In this document: one piece after another, positions 24,601 to 33,883 of the stretch
Numbering within the stretch: position 1 is the stretch's first letter
Layout: each line of letters starts with the position of its first letter
Origin: a virus
Taxonomy: Duplodnaviria; Caudoviricetes
DNA: 42,291 nt
Strand: one strand, 5' to 3'
Virus record (IMG/VR): IMGVR_UViG_3300033402_000025
Span: 1 to 42,291 of that record
Translations under genes and position numbers: made by a program
Notes under the pieces: model-generated
Database searches by the model: none
What the model was told of the DNA's origin: nothing
Seen by the model: the letters and a program-made list of their open reading frames with translations, nothing else

Positions 24601-26163
24601 CTTGACGATACGCATTTCGCACAGCGCCACGCCAGCCGCATAGTTGTAAGGCTCCCACACCTGTGGCGAGCCCTGTCCCAGTGAGAAGTAGCCCAGCGAT
24701 GGGCTGGCCGGGTCGCTACCGGGCGCAAGCCGTAGACCCATATTCGGCTGATACTTCGTGATGTTCAGGTTTCCATCGACCTGGAACCCTTGCCAGGTGA
24801 ACCCGTCCACCATCGGACAGACCACGTACCGGTAGCCGTCCGCATTTTGAACCACCATCGAAGCCGTGAATCCGCCCAGCGGCCCGGCTCCGATGATGCC
24901 CAGCGAGTCGGCGAAGGTGGATTCGTCGCGGTAGTCCACCATCAGCGGAGTCGCCATGAACGCGAAGAGCGGGTTTCCGCCGCTGTTGCACCAGATCTCC
25001 TGCAGGGCCAAGCCCCACACCGTCTCCGAAATGATCGAGGTCGCCGTGACCGCGTTCCGGCAAAACCCGAGGAAGCCCGTGGAATCGTCTTTAATCGAGA
25101 CGCCCTGCGGGTCCGCCTGCTGGCCGCCGAAGTAGAGCGACATGCCGTGCGCCTGGCAGCCGTTGGTGGATGTCAGGTAGTAATCGCAACTTGTAGCGCT
25201 TCCGCCACTTCCATGCGCCGCGTACGGGCAGTTCACGCCATCATTGAAGGTCTTCCAACACTGACGGCTAATCTGCCGCTCAGGGTACTGGTTCATGATC
25301 TGGAAGAACCCATCCGAGCACGTCACCGGAAATACGGCGGTCCCGTCGCTGGCGAAGTTTTGGATGACGCCCTTCCAGAGTTGCAACAAAATGCCGGAGT
25401 TGACGTGATACAAGCAGAGGTCGATTTCGGCGTACTTCAGATCGGTATCGTTGGCGAGTTGCGTCATCACGCGGTCGCCATTGCCGAAAGTGAATCGCAC
25501 GTTATCCGACGTGCCTTTGATATCCTGCGAAATCAGAACGTCCGAGCCCGGCTCGCCGATCCCCGTCAGCCGCGGCAGGTAGAGCTGGCCGCCCACCGTC
25601 ACACGCCGGTCCGCCAGATAGATGTCCGCCACCGCCGATTCGCGGACCCTGATATGCATCAGCGGGATAATCTGCTGCACCTCGGAGAGCAACGCCGCGG
25701 AAAGGGCGGTCGAGGGAAACCGCACGCACGTAGACGCTACCGTATATGACGGCGCCGCCGTGGGGTCCACCACCTCGATCAGGTTCAGCCCGGTGCGCGC
25801 CGCGTTCACCAGGTACTCGAACGAGAGAGGCGCCTGCTCGAACGTCACCAGCACGGCCGTGGTCGTATTGTTGGGATTCGGAACGTTGTAAGTGAAGGCC
25901 TGCCACGGCCCCTGCATGGACTCCCAGAACGCCCGGAGTTGATCGACTTCCGTCTTCCGGATCACCGCGCGCTTGAATTGGAACTTGCGCGGCCCCATCC
26001 CCACGCTGTAGCGCTGCTCTTGCTTGGCATCGAGGGTCCCGAACCGATGCGTAATCACCGGACGATCCACGGAGAACCCGTATGGGTATTGCGTGGCAAG
26101 TGGGAACGTCTGCCCTGAGTTCGTTACGGCCGGAACCGTGATTCGTCCGATTGTGTCTGACAT
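21604..26163 (-). CDS. Tail tip / hub / host-specificity protein
   Basis: 1519 aa, downstream of tape measure and distal tail; RQCWKTFNDGVNCPY..C..C cluster; beta-rich C-terminus. Confidence 0.85.
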   Translation of the reverse strand: MSDTIGRITVPAVTNSGQTFPLATQYPYGFSVDRPVITHRFGTLDAKQEQRYSVGMGPRKFQFKRAVIRKTEVDQLRAFWESMQGPWQAFTYNVPNPNNTTTAVLVTFEQAPLSFEYLVNAARTGLNLIEVVDPTAAPSYTVASTCVRFPSTALSAALLSEVQQIIPLMHIRVRESAVADIYLADRRVTVGGQLYLPRLTGIGEPGSDVLISQDIKGTSDNVRFTFGNGDRVMTQLANDTDLKYAEIDLCLYHVNSGILLQLWKGVIQNFASDGTAVFPVTCSDGFFQIMNQYPERQISRQCWKTFNDGVNCPYAAHGSGGSATSCDYYLTSTNGCQAHGMSLYFGGQQADPQGVSIKDDSTGFLGFCRNAVTATSIISETVWGLALQEIWCNSGGNPLFAFMATPLMVDYRDESTFADSLGIIGAGPLGGFTASMVVQNADGYRYVVCPMVDGFTWQGFQVDGNLNITKYQPNMGLRLAPGSDPASPSLGYFSLGQGSPQVWEPYNYAAGVALCEMRIVKPSAVQPSTPDQHKMTVPVDYGLWGWVWDASGNRTAVMGLVNPFWIAVNMLLRAMGLYGNPSTGTGPSSATQLAAFVAASLVKGDGSGAAEIAADQVTPLFGASSTSGYEITTLGETLNGSQINLNPDGSYSFQYQDGSGNLNVLSIDDALNAGYVATTTTAITEPQFQFQGVISSQKPFRDWLSEVLNCCLGFYTWEFGKLKLGCRVNAGAVDAYTLGNTLFQSLRLTPITAAYEHEVLSYADVAYQYQANTAEYCDKSHAAYYGRAGSPLTTQKHSAGCSTLSQGLRLSATHVREEVGGVTPAEWRDARAASWYTTLLGLGNEVGQVVSMTHPDVPGVHGTCNVSGNTATWVSGDAWTYAGSTAGDTELIDKVVVIGGSPVTITAVASDGSTITTSPAPPSGTGLAFQVITMCFRVQRWSLKKDWSVQIEGQTVTASMYDLDVGPKPIDVTPAGLPALFYPIPLGPVWAPYQVQAASNDALFPGEWTFDSDQEYNVLADGSALANLTITGKLPVNEFSATGAGAPGIGSITQGATGGSLPANTTLRVAICAIDANGVPSAPSNIVIVGTGPAAGGSITLNGITWPAVTGLASYVLFVGTQDDLICAQATGTLTAGSGGTVYTPGSITFGAAVARSTWALPSPYVGKVRVKAKLLAHSGVAGLSVDNVSTNTLLCLWMIDTSSTPFNPVGRVLSMIGSPDRSTPFASFNITGCDHATGTLTLDRDPTGIVLVGDAVVIRNKADAPNSGNPTQITDSGYKNSTDSYGGLTPGAEVGNLIRVIRGTGRGQPPSQITANTATTLTFQPGIVMDETSVWIIEAPVWAFQADSTSIDNASPLTPVVLSVPAANFIKQPVLIAGFTVDVNGLESPDGDGPIREDWIYGAAGSNATPGVTLQVDGTLAIGSNQAPIVALSASRAAQSVAVYLKTGPTGAGAIFNINLGGALWMTLTVAAGNTTVQATAAQLAAAGPLTASANITLDITAVGTTVPGSDLSIFIYL

Positions 26164-26172
26164 TCCCCGTCC

Positions 26173-26592
26173 TTACGCCACTTCCACCAACTCCAACCCC
26201 TGCACGCCAGTCCTGCAAACGTCCGTCGTCTGCGTCCAAGTGCTTCCCTGAAACTTCACCGTGTATCGGCCCTGCGTGCTATTGCCCGTCGGATCGTAAT
26301 TACTGCCCACCGGCTGCCCCGTCGCCGGCTCGAACGGGTTGTAGAACGTGAACGGAGTCAGGCCGCCGTCTTGAGCTACCCAGAAGCTGTAGAGCGTCGC
26401 CAGCGCCGAAGCCGACAGCCTCTTCGATAACTGGAACGTCCGCCGCGAGGTCTGCGCAAGCTGCGATCTCTGGACAGTGCCATCGTGATACCCGTTCTGG
26501 AGTTGCGCGTATTCACGCGACTCCGTGAACGCAGTGCAAAGCGACGCGGGCAGCACCCCACTGGGAGCCGCCGATATGAGATTTCCCGGCAT
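26173..26592 (-). CDS. Distal tail protein-like (DUF2460-like)
   Basis: YHDGTVQRSQL..RRTFQL..LYSFWVAQDGGLTPFTFYNP; directly after the tape measure gene. Confidence 0.75.
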   Translation of the reverse strand: MPGNLISAAPSGVLPASLCTAFTESREYAQLQNGYHDGTVQRSQLAQTSRRTFQLSKRLSASALATLYSFWVAQDGGLTPFTFYNPFEPATGQPVGSNYDPTGNSTQGRYTVKFQGSTWTQTTDVCRTGVQGLELVEVA

Positions 26593-26603
26593 AGTGATTG
26601 TGG

Positions 26604-26623
26604 GGCGGGCGTTTCCGCCCGCC
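26604..26623 (-). other. GNRA-capped hairpin between tape measure and distal tail genes
   Basis: GGCGGGCG-GAAA-CGCCCGCC on the - strand; no U tract. Confidence 0.55.
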
Positions 26624-26633
26624 AACCCTTGAG

Positions 26634-29600
26634 TTATGTAGTCAGTCCAGGCAACTGCATATTCGCCGCCTGCTGCACGCGGCCATAGCTCGCATTTTGA
26701 GCCGCCATGGACGCGTCGGCCACGTACGTCGGAGTTACGACTTGACCGGTGAAGAACGAAGCCGCATCTCCTTCTCCCACATTCAGCGACAGATTGATCG
26801 GCCCCATCCCCGCTGCGGTGTTCGGACCGCCGGGCGTCGGATACGTCCCCATCGAAGGGCTTCCGAGAACCGGCAGGCTGCTCTGGAACGTGGTCGCTAC
26901 CCCGTTCACGTACGTCGCCTGCTGGTACAGGTTCCCGCGCTGCTCGGCCAGGCTTCCGCCCCGCGGAGTGGTAGCCGATAGCGGCATTTTCTGCCCGGTC
27001 CCCTGAGCGTAAAGCTCCAGCATCTTCCGCACGTCCGGATCGCGTACCGCAATCGAAACGTGCCCGGCGTACTTCGACTTGGCGATATCGACGATCTGCT
27101 TGGCCATCGCTGTGTCGATACTGACGCTGTAGAGTTGCTTGACCAGCCGCTTGGCTTCGTTCTCCGGAGTTTCCACCCCGGCGAGTTTCTCGCCCAGCCC
27201 GATCCCCAGCCCGATAGCCCCGCCGATCCCAGCCCCAAGCACCCCGCCCTGCTGGAAGCCAATAGCGGCCCCGCCCGCGGTCCCCTCTGCAATACCGCCC
27301 CAGGTTCCCCGGCTCGATCCCAGCAGCCCCTGCTGCGCCAGCATCATCCCGCCGGCGGCCAGCGCCGCCCCGGCCATCCCGTTAACCCCGGTGATCTTAC
27401 CGGCGGAGGTCTGAACGTCGGACCCGTTTTCATCTGTGCCGTAGGTTGGATCGGACCGCGTAAGGCCGCCCAGCTTGAAGCTCTTGAAGTTCTTGAGCAT
27501 CCCTCCGATTCCGCCGCCGATACCGCCGACTCCGCCCGTGGCGGAACCGCCATCCCCGCCCGGAGCCACGCCGCCACCCTGCCGTCCGGCGCCGAGAATC
27601 ATCGCCAGCGGGTTACCCCCGCCGCCTGTCGAGCGGTTAAGCGTCGGGATCTCCGACCATGCGCCTTCGCCGCTGCCCGTACCCCCGCCCGAGCCGCCGC
27701 CCATTATCATCGCCAGCGGGTTAGACCCTCCGCCTGCGTTGATCGGAGACCCAAAGAACCCGCTCACCGCCGGAGCGGAGATCGCTGGCGGAGAGATCCC
27801 CGCCAGGCCGGCCGGAGCCGCAACCGCCGGAGCCGCCATCCCCATCGCGCCGGCCAAGACCGCCGTGAGCGTCGCCAGGGCTATCGAGTTCTGCGACGTG
27901 ACGGCCGTATTCATGTCCGTGGCCAGCTTCATCGGGTCCTGTTTGCCCCCACCGAAAGCCCCCCGGAATATCCCCGCCAATCCGCCGCTGCCGTCCTGCC
28001 CGTAGATGATCGGCTTCAGGACGTTCGCCGTCACCGCCGACATCCCCTCCGCCACCGGCTTGATAACTGCCTCATGGACCGTGCTGCCCAGTTGCTTCCC
28101 GAAGTTTTGCGGCTTCGTCAACAGCGTGTGCCACAGCCCCTCGGTATCCTTCTTGAGCGTGTCCATCTGCTGCTTCTGAAGCTCCATCTGCTTCATAAGA
28201 GCTTCTTCTTGCGCCTCGGCGAGTTGCTTTTGCACCGCCGCCTGCGCCTGCGCGATATCCACGGACCACTTCGCGGCGTTCTGTTCTTTCGAGATCCGCT
28301 CCGCCTCGATCCCCGCCAGTTCCTTCGCCAGGTCGATCCGGATCTGATACGTCTCCCGTATAGCGTCCGTCCCCGTCAAGCCGCTCAGCCCGACCATCTT
28401 CTGAGCCCGGCCCGCGTTGCGGTTCAGCGTGTCCGCGCGCGATTGCAAATTGATCGAGTCGATCCGCTCGGCCGCCGCGAACCCCTCCTCCTGTTCCCGC
28501 AATTCCGCATCGCTCGGCAGACCGAGAAGCGCCCGCGGGACCTTCTGTTTGGCTTGCTGCTCGTTGGCGTACCGCTCGAACTCTCGCCTGGATTTCTCCA
28601 AGAGCGTCCCGGCCTGCTCATCGGCGGATTTACGGATCGCCGCCACGTCCGCCTCGACGCCCTTCAGTTTCTCCGCCTGCTGTAACAGTAGGTCGCGCTG
28701 ATAGTAAATCTTCCCAGTAGCATCCAACTCAGCCTCATCGCCGCGCCGCTCGAAGGCTTGCGCCTCCTCTCGAAACCGCTTTAACTCCGCTTCTTCCTTC
28801 CTTTGGTCCGGGACTTGCGCGTTCAGGACCTGCTCGCGATTCTTCAGCGTAGTATGCTGGCCCTGGAGCGCAGCCATGTCGCTCTCTATGTCCAGGTTTC
28901 TTTCGATCCCCTGAAGCATGGCGAGGCGCGCGGCGCGCTTCTCCGGTTGGTCCTTTTGCTCAAAGATCGTTCCCGCACCCTCTATGTGCGGTGACCGCGC
29001 TTCGGCAATCCACCCCGAGAGCTTTTCCTGCGCGGATTTCCGCAAAGCCTCCAGCGCTGCATTCCAATCCGCCTGCGCTTTGTCGGCGGCGTCCTTGGAT
29101 GGCGCGTGGTGGACGTTCTCACTGCCGGCGTAATTCGCGGAGCGCACAGCCTTCTGATATTCCGCCACCCACTTCTCAACGTCGCCGGTACCCTCGTACC
29201 CCATGTATCGGCCAAGCCAACCGACGCTGTTAGCCTTAATCAGCTTCGCCAGGTTATCGACATCCTTGTCCAGCGATTCTCCGAGTTTGTCCGCCGCGAT
29301 CCGCGCATCGTCCAGCGCGACCACCAGCATATTCTCGGGCTTGCCTTCCAGCTTCGCAATCGTGTTCGCTAGGTTGTCGTTTTCGAGGCGCAGTTGATCC
29401 GCGCTGGCCTGCACGGTCTCATTCATCCCACGAAACGCTTCCGTGACCTTCTGATGCTGTTCCGCGAGTTCCCGCAGGTGCTCCCGAAGCTCCACAACTT
29501 TCTTAATGGCTTCATAAACCACCATGACCACGGCGGCGATTGCAGCCGTCTTGAAACCCGCGTCAAGGGCTTGCCCAACTCCCGGCATCGAGCTAATGAA

Positions 29601-30077
29601 CCCGCGCACGTGGCGCGGAATATGAATACCGATTTCCTCACCCAAAAGAGCCAGGGACGCCCTCGATTCCCCCGCCGCCGCACCGATTTCCTTCAGGCCC
29701 GCCGGCGCCCCTTTCGCGGATTCCGCCTCGATGAGCTTGGCGTAAGACTTCGTGATCGCCTGAACCGCCGCGTCTTCCTTGCCCCACCGGGCAATGAGTT
29801 GGTCGCGCTCGGCGACCAGTCGCTCCACTCCCGACTTGCCGGCGAACGCCGCCTGCCGCTCCATGGACTGTAGCAGCCGGTCGAGCGAGTTCTTGCTCTT
29901 GTCCGTTACCCGAACGAGCCCGTCCCCGTATACCTGCCACTCACGCCCCGTCCGGTCAAGTACCGTCTTGGCTTTCTTTTCGTGCTCGTCCAGGCCCGCA
30001 TTCGCCCGCTTGATGGCTTCCAGTGCGGGGCGGTCATCCAGGCTGATTACGCCATCAGCCATCATGTTTGCGTTCAT
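26634..30077 (-). CDS. Tail tape measure protein
   Basis: 1147 aa, helical Ala/Glu/Lys-rich, Gly-rich hydrophobic C-terminus; downstream of the chaperone genes. Confidence 0.9.
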   Translation of the reverse strand: MNANMMADGVISLDDRPALEAIKRANAGLDEHEKKAKTVLDRTGREWQVYGDGLVRVTDKSKNSLDRLLQSMERQAAFAGKSGVERLVAERDQLIARWGKEDAAVQAITKSYAKLIEAESAKGAPAGLKEIGAAAGESRASLALLGEEIGIHIPRHVRGFISSMPGVGQALDAGFKTAAIAAVVMVVYEAIKKVVELREHLRELAEQHQKVTEAFRGMNETVQASADQLRLENDNLANTIAKLEGKPENMLVVALDDARIAADKLGESLDKDVDNLAKLIKANSVGWLGRYMGYEGTGDVEKWVAEYQKAVRSANYAGSENVHHAPSKDAADKAQADWNAALEALRKSAQEKLSGWIAEARSPHIEGAGTIFEQKDQPEKRAARLAMLQGIERNLDIESDMAALQGQHTTLKNREQVLNAQVPDQRKEEAELKRFREEAQAFERRGDEAELDATGKIYYQRDLLLQQAEKLKGVEADVAAIRKSADEQAGTLLEKSRREFERYANEQQAKQKVPRALLGLPSDAELREQEEGFAAAERIDSINLQSRADTLNRNAGRAQKMVGLSGLTGTDAIRETYQIRIDLAKELAGIEAERISKEQNAAKWSVDIAQAQAAVQKQLAEAQEEALMKQMELQKQQMDTLKKDTEGLWHTLLTKPQNFGKQLGSTVHEAVIKPVAEGMSAVTANVLKPIIYGQDGSGGLAGIFRGAFGGGKQDPMKLATDMNTAVTSQNSIALATLTAVLAGAMGMAAPAVAAPAGLAGISPPAISAPAVSGFFGSPINAGGGSNPLAMIMGGGSGGGTGSGEGAWSEIPTLNRSTGGGGNPLAMILGAGRQGGGVAPGGDGGSATGGVGGIGGGIGGMLKNFKSFKLGGLTRSDPTYGTDENGSDVQTSAGKITGVNGMAGAALAAGGMMLAQQGLLGSSRGTWGGIAEGTAGGAAIGFQQGGVLGAGIGGAIGLGIGLGEKLAGVETPENEAKRLVKQLYSVSIDTAMAKQIVDIAKSKYAGHVSIAVRDPDVRKMLELYAQGTGQKMPLSATTPRGGSLAEQRGNLYQQATYVNGVATTFQSSLPVLGSPSMGTYPTPGGPNTAAGMGPINLSLNVGEGDAASFFTGQVVTPTYVADASMAAQNASYGRVQQAANMQLPGLTT

Positions 30078-30092
30078 TTAGATAACCTCCAC

Positions 30093-30578
30093 TTACGCCG
30101 CCCTGGTGAATCTTCCGAGTTCGTCCCGGCCTTGCGTGCGCTCCGGCGTAGCTCCGCCATCGCGCGCCCGAACCGCTTCCGCATTCGCCAGCGCTGCGGA
30201 AACCAGACGCTGGATGAGTTGCTTGTTAGCCGGAGAGAACCAGAACATCTCTTCCCGATTCTGATTGATGGCCGCTATCTGCGCCGCCTGCGGGTTGTCG
30301 AACCCGATACGCACCTCGTTGTCTTTCGCGCTTATCACGCGCAGAGACCGCATCGTCATCCCGCGCCACACCAGGTCGCGGATGCCTTGCAGCCCACGCG
30401 CCACCTTGTAGTCGGGATAGCCGCGATGTCCGTTGCGCCCCGGCTTGAGCGCCTTAGCCGGGGAGTCCGCAACGTTTTGGCCCTTATGGATGCGCGCCTT
30501 GATGTCGGCGATTACCGCATTGCCGATGGTAGTCATGTCTTCGGCGGACAGCGGCCGGTATACAAAGCGTGCGCTCAT
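30093..30578 (-). CDS. Virion morphogenesis / tail-completion-like protein
   Basis: IKARIHKGQN..YPDYK..IRDLVWRGMTMRSL..VRIGF pattern; C-terminal RDELGRF. Confidence 0.6.
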   Translation of the reverse strand: MSARFVYRPLSAEDMTTIGNAVIADIKARIHKGQNVADSPAKALKPGRNGHRGYPDYKVARGLQGIRDLVWRGMTMRSLRVISAKDNEVRIGFDNPQAAQIAAINQNREEMFWFSPANKQLIQRLVSAALANAEAVRARDGGATPERTQGRDELGRFTRAA

Positions 30579-30584
30579 GGTGTT

Positions 30585-31076
30585 TCACCCCTTCCCGTAT
30601 TTCTGCATCAGCCGAAGCTGGCGCGCCTCCTCGGGGGTGACCCTTTCGGTATCTTTCTGCAGGTCGCGCTGATAGCGGTCGCGCTCCTCTTTGAGCACCT
30701 GGAGTCCCTTCACTTCCTCCGCCGTGACATCGTTCCATGGCACGGCGAAGTGAAGGCAATCGAACTCCAACTCCAGCACTCGCTCGAAAAGGCGCCCCGC
30801 GCCCGAATGCGCGCGGACGTAATCCAACTCGTTCACTAGGCATCGGTCGCACCGGTTCACGGTGAACTGCCAGCTCCCGCACTGCGGGCAATCGCCAGGC
30901 GCGGCGGTGTCCTCCACCTCGCGGATCAGCCCGCACTTCCCGCATGTGACATCGTTGGCGTCCGGGCAGCCGCGCGCGCCATCCTCGCCACCATCGCAGA
31001 GTTCGTGCGCGCGCACCGAGCGGTACACCAGCAGCCGGAGAGGGACCGGGTTCGGCCACTCATCCGGCGCTAGGAG
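30585..31076 (-). CDS. Tail assembly chaperone frameshift extension (gpT-like), Cys-rich
   Basis: Open in the -1 frame from the slippery site: LLAPDEWPNPVPLRLLVYRSVRAHELC... Confidence 0.8.
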   Translation of the reverse strand, partial: LLAPDEWPNPVPLRLLVYRSVRAHELCDGGEDGARGCPDANDVTCGKCGLIREVEDTAAPGDCPQCGSWQFTVNRCDRCLVNELDYVRAHSGAGRLFERVLELEFDCLHFAVPWNDVTAEEVKGLQVLKEERDRYQRDLQKDTERVTPEEARQLRLMQKYGKG

Positions 31077-31711
31077 TTTGGGTCAAGCGCCGGGTCCAGG
31101 TCGTCGATGGCCTGCACCAGTTCCACCACGATGGCGGACTTGTGGTGCGGAGGTGTGTCGGCCGGCTTGAACGAGGCCGCGTACCCCTCGATCTTCGAGG
31201 CCACGGAATCGTACAGCGCCACGGCCGGCTCGATGCGGTATCGCAGTTCTTCCTGGCCGTGCGGAAGGTCAGTCGCGGACACCACCGTGCGCCGATAGAC
31301 CGTGATATCGCGCTGCGTCGGAATCCGGACGGAGTGGACCGTCTCGCCGAACGGCGTCTTCAGGGTGATCCGGTATTCATCGCCGGCGCGCTGGCAGTCC
31401 GTCACCTCGCAATATGTGAGTTTGGAGACCGCGTTGCTCGCCTCGTATTCATCGAACTCCGGGCCGCCCTTGTCCTGACGGATCTTGGTGAAGATGTCCA
31501 GATCGGCCTTGAGGTTCGGGATGAACTCCGTCTGCGACTTCCGGCGCCCAATCGTGCGCCTGATCGACTTCTGCTGGTCGAGACGTTCCAGCATCTGCTG
31601 ATTCGTAGGCAGCCCCAGGACGGCCGCCTTGGGCGGGTTCGCCACTCGCACCGTCACGCCCCTAAGTTCGACATCGTTGATCGTTACCGCGGGCAATTCT
31701 CCGTAAAGCAT
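31070..31711 (-). CDS. Tail assembly chaperone (gpG-like)
   Basis: After the tail tube gene; GAGGA RBS before ATG 31711; ends in the slippery heptamer. Confidence 0.82.
   Translation of the reverse strand: MLYGELPAVTINDVELRGVTVRVANPPKAAVLGLPTNQQMLERLDQQKSIRRTIGRRKSQTEFIPNLKADLDIFTKIRQDKGGPEFDEYEASNAVSKLTYCEVTDCQRAGDEYRITLKTPFGETVHSVRIPTQRDITVYRRTVVSATDLPHGQEELRYRIEPAVALYDSVASKIEGYAASFKPADTPPHHKSAIVVELVQAIDDLDPALDPNS
31076..31082 (-). other. Programmed -1 frameshift slippery site C CCA AAC
   Basis: GAC CCA AAC TCC TAG fits X XXY YYZ; the -1 frame joins ORF 30585..31028. Confidence 0.8.
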
Positions 31712-31738
31712 ACGTATCCTCTCTTGGTTTTGGTTGTG

Positions 31739-31788
31739 AAAAATGCGCCGGACCTTCAACGGCATGGAGGATGCCTCCAGCCCGGCGC
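31739..31788 (-). terminator. Putative partial terminator/attenuator after the tail tube gene
   Basis: GCGCCGG..TGGAGG-cat-CCTCCA..CCGGCGC followed by ATTTTT on the - strand. Confidence 0.5.
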
Positions 31789-31811
31789 GGGCCTTATCAG
31801 CCTATCGTTGA

Positions 31812-32822
31812 CTACTGAGCGATCCCGGAGATACCACAGTTCGTCGTGACGGTCAGTATCCCGTTCGTGGCGTTGTACTGCGGAGCGCCCGTGACAACCA
31901 CCGTCACGATGCCATCCCCCTCGCCGTTTTCGACGGCCTGGAACGCCATCTGCTGGAAGGCGAACGAGACCGAGTTCCCGGCGTCATGCTGCACCGAGAG
32001 CGTCGCCGTACCGGTAGTCTGCGCCACCAGCGTGTTGTATTCGGTCGATCCGTAGAGCAGCCGGGACGTGAACTGGAAACTGGGCACGCGCGCGCCGATC
32101 TCCATCCGGCCGCGGATCTGTAACCCATTCTGCTCTCCCGATCCAGGGAAGAAACCGGCATTCAGCAGCAGGTTATTCTTCCAGCCGATAGAGGCCGAGA
32201 GAATGCGCTTAGTGGCCACGTAGTCCACGCCGTTGACCGTCAAGGCCATCGACGCCGCCAGCATATTATTCTCGAGCGTGAGCGCCGGCACGGTGACAGC
32301 GCTCGGCGTAGTCAGCAGCCCGGACCCCACCCAGTTGACCGTCATCTTGGAAGACTTCGGACCGGGCCCGTAATTCGCCTGGTACAGGAAGTCTTCTACC
32401 GCGCACCCGATGTGCAGGTTATCGACACAGTTTCCCCCACCTTCCGAAACTTGCTCGACAAGCGAGAAGTACGGAAGCTCCAGAGTGGTTCCGGGGTCGA
32501 GCGGCGTGATCGTGTAGGTATACGGCGCGGCCGATCCCACTTGAACCACGTTACCCAGCCCGAAGGCCGCCGCCCACGTCACGAACTCCGCCGAGGCGTA
32601 TTTCTCCAGCCGGTTCGCCACCTCGTAATGCGAGGGGTAGGTCTCCGCGATGAACTCATTCGCCTTGCCGATCTCCGCCGCGTCATTCTCGAAAATCGGC
32701 TTCGGCGTGGTGAGATCCGCGTTGAGCTTCTTCAGCCGAAGAAACGTCGCGCCGGCGGTTCCGATGGCCGATTGCTTTCCCCGGCCGAGGCCAAGGATTA
32801 GCTGTTGTACTCTCGCTGCCAT
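31812..32822 (-). CDS. Major tail (tube) protein
   Basis: 336 aa, beta-rich, APYTYTITP motif; lies between head-tail genes and chaperones. Confidence 0.8.
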   Translation of the reverse strand: MAARVQQLILGLGRGKQSAIGTAGATFLRLKKLNADLTTPKPIFENDAAEIGKANEFIAETYPSHYEVANRLEKYASAEFVTWAAAFGLGNVVQVGSAAPYTYTITPLDPGTTLELPYFSLVEQVSEGGGNCVDNLHIGCAVEDFLYQANYGPGPKSSKMTVNWVGSGLLTTPSAVTVPALTLENNMLAASMALTVNGVDYVATKRILSASIGWKNNLLLNAGFFPGSGEQNGLQIRGRMEIGARVPSFQFTSRLLYGSTEYNTLVAQTTGTATLSVQHDAGNSVSFAFQQMAFQAVENGEGDGIVTVVVTGAPQYNATNGILTVTTNCGISGIAQ

Positions 32823-32825
32823 TGA

Positions 32826-33056
32826 TTACTCCTTAGCCGAGCCAGTCGGCGTGTATTGCACGAAACCCTGCACCATATAGGGCGTCAGTGCCGCTGAAGT
32901 CGCCGCCACCAAAACCACCTGATTTGTGTGGGGGTGGCGCAAGTACACTTTTCCAGGGGGGGCCGGCGCGACGGGTGCGGGCGCGGGTTTCTGCGCCGCC
33001 ACCACCTGATCGATAGCCGCCTTCACGTCGGCCATTTCCTGTGCGAGATCCGCCAT
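32826..33056 (-). CDS. Small hypothetical virion-region protein
   Basis: GGAG RBS; overlaps the upstream stop; Pro/Ala linker. Confidence 0.7.
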   Translation of the reverse strand: MADLAQEMADVKAAIDQVVAAQKPAPAPVAPAPPGKVYLRHPHTNQVVLVAATSAALTPYMVQGFVQYTPTGSAKE

Positions 33057-33547
33057 CAGTTGTCTCCTATCTCGGGAAGCACAAACTCCCCTCGGAATAT
33101 GTCGAGTTGATCCTCATCGAGCAGGTGGGCGATGCTCGGCGTATCCATGATGTCCAGTTCCGGCAGAATGTTGATGTACCGGATATTCGCGCTCGCGCCC
33201 GATGGCGGCCGGTTGCAGATCGTCCACCACAGATCCTCATAGCCCACCGGATCGTTACTGCCCGCCATGTTGCCCATCCGCAGATACACGGCGATGCGGT
33301 GCTTCCAAATCGCGTACCCGTTGAAGTTGCCGCCGAGCGTCCCTTCCCACGTCACCAGGACCGAAGGCGCCGGCATCTTGTAAATTGCCTCCGCCAGGCG
33401 ATGCTCGGCGCCGAGGAGGTAATGGAACGCCGAAATCCGGACGTTCGCGTTTCCGCTGGAATCCGTCACCGTCATCGCGGTAGCCAACTCCGGTATCCCC
33501 TGCAACGTGGCCACCACCGCATCCGTGATGAGTTTAGGGTTTAGCAT
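33056..33547 (-). CDS. Putative tail terminator
   Basis: Size, acidic C-terminus and position upstream of the tail tube gene. Confidence 0.6.
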   Translation of the reverse strand: MLNPKLITDAVVATLQGIPELATAMTVTDSSGNANVRISAFHYLLGAEHRLAEAIYKMPAPSVLVTWEGTLGGNFNGYAIWKHRIAVYLRMGNMAGSNDPVGYEDLWWTICNRPPSGASANIRYINILPELDIMDTPSIAHLLDEDQLDIFRGEFVLPEIGDN

Positions 33548-33882
33548 CAGGTGGCCCTCAGCTTCAACGTGGCCCCGCCGGTCGGGTCCGCCTCCGCCTC
33601 AACTTCCTGCACCATATAGGTCACGCCGTTGAACACAATCTGATCGCCGTGCTGCAGAGACGGAGTGATCGTCTCGAAATTGACCCACACCCGGAGTACG
33701 GCCGTGCCGGGTCCAAACCCCGGCGGGTAATCCTCCAGCATGGCCGGCCGCACCGGATTCACCGTGATGGACTGGGAAGTGAGCCACCCCCCAGCCCCAT
33801 CCTGCGGCATGAACGTGGCGGGCAGGCCGAACTCGGCCGACACCGCGGCGTTCAGTGTTCTAACTTCGTCTGCCCATGCCAT
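33547..33882 (-). CDS. Head-tail joining / head closure protein (gpFII-like)
   Basis: AEFGLPATF..QHGDQIVFNGVTYMV..GATLKL; ATG at 33882. Confidence 0.7.
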   Translation of the reverse strand: MAWADEVRTLNAAVSAEFGLPATFMPQDGAGGWLTSQSITVNPVRPAMLEDYPPGFGPGTAVLRVWVNFETITPSLQHGDQIVFNGVTYMVQEVEAEADPTGGATLKLRAT

Positions 33883-33883
33883 G

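Noticed and set aside
18027-26163. Diversity-generating retroelement or invertible tail-fibre cassette
   Set aside because: No reverse transcriptase, invertase or template/variable repeat pair was seen.
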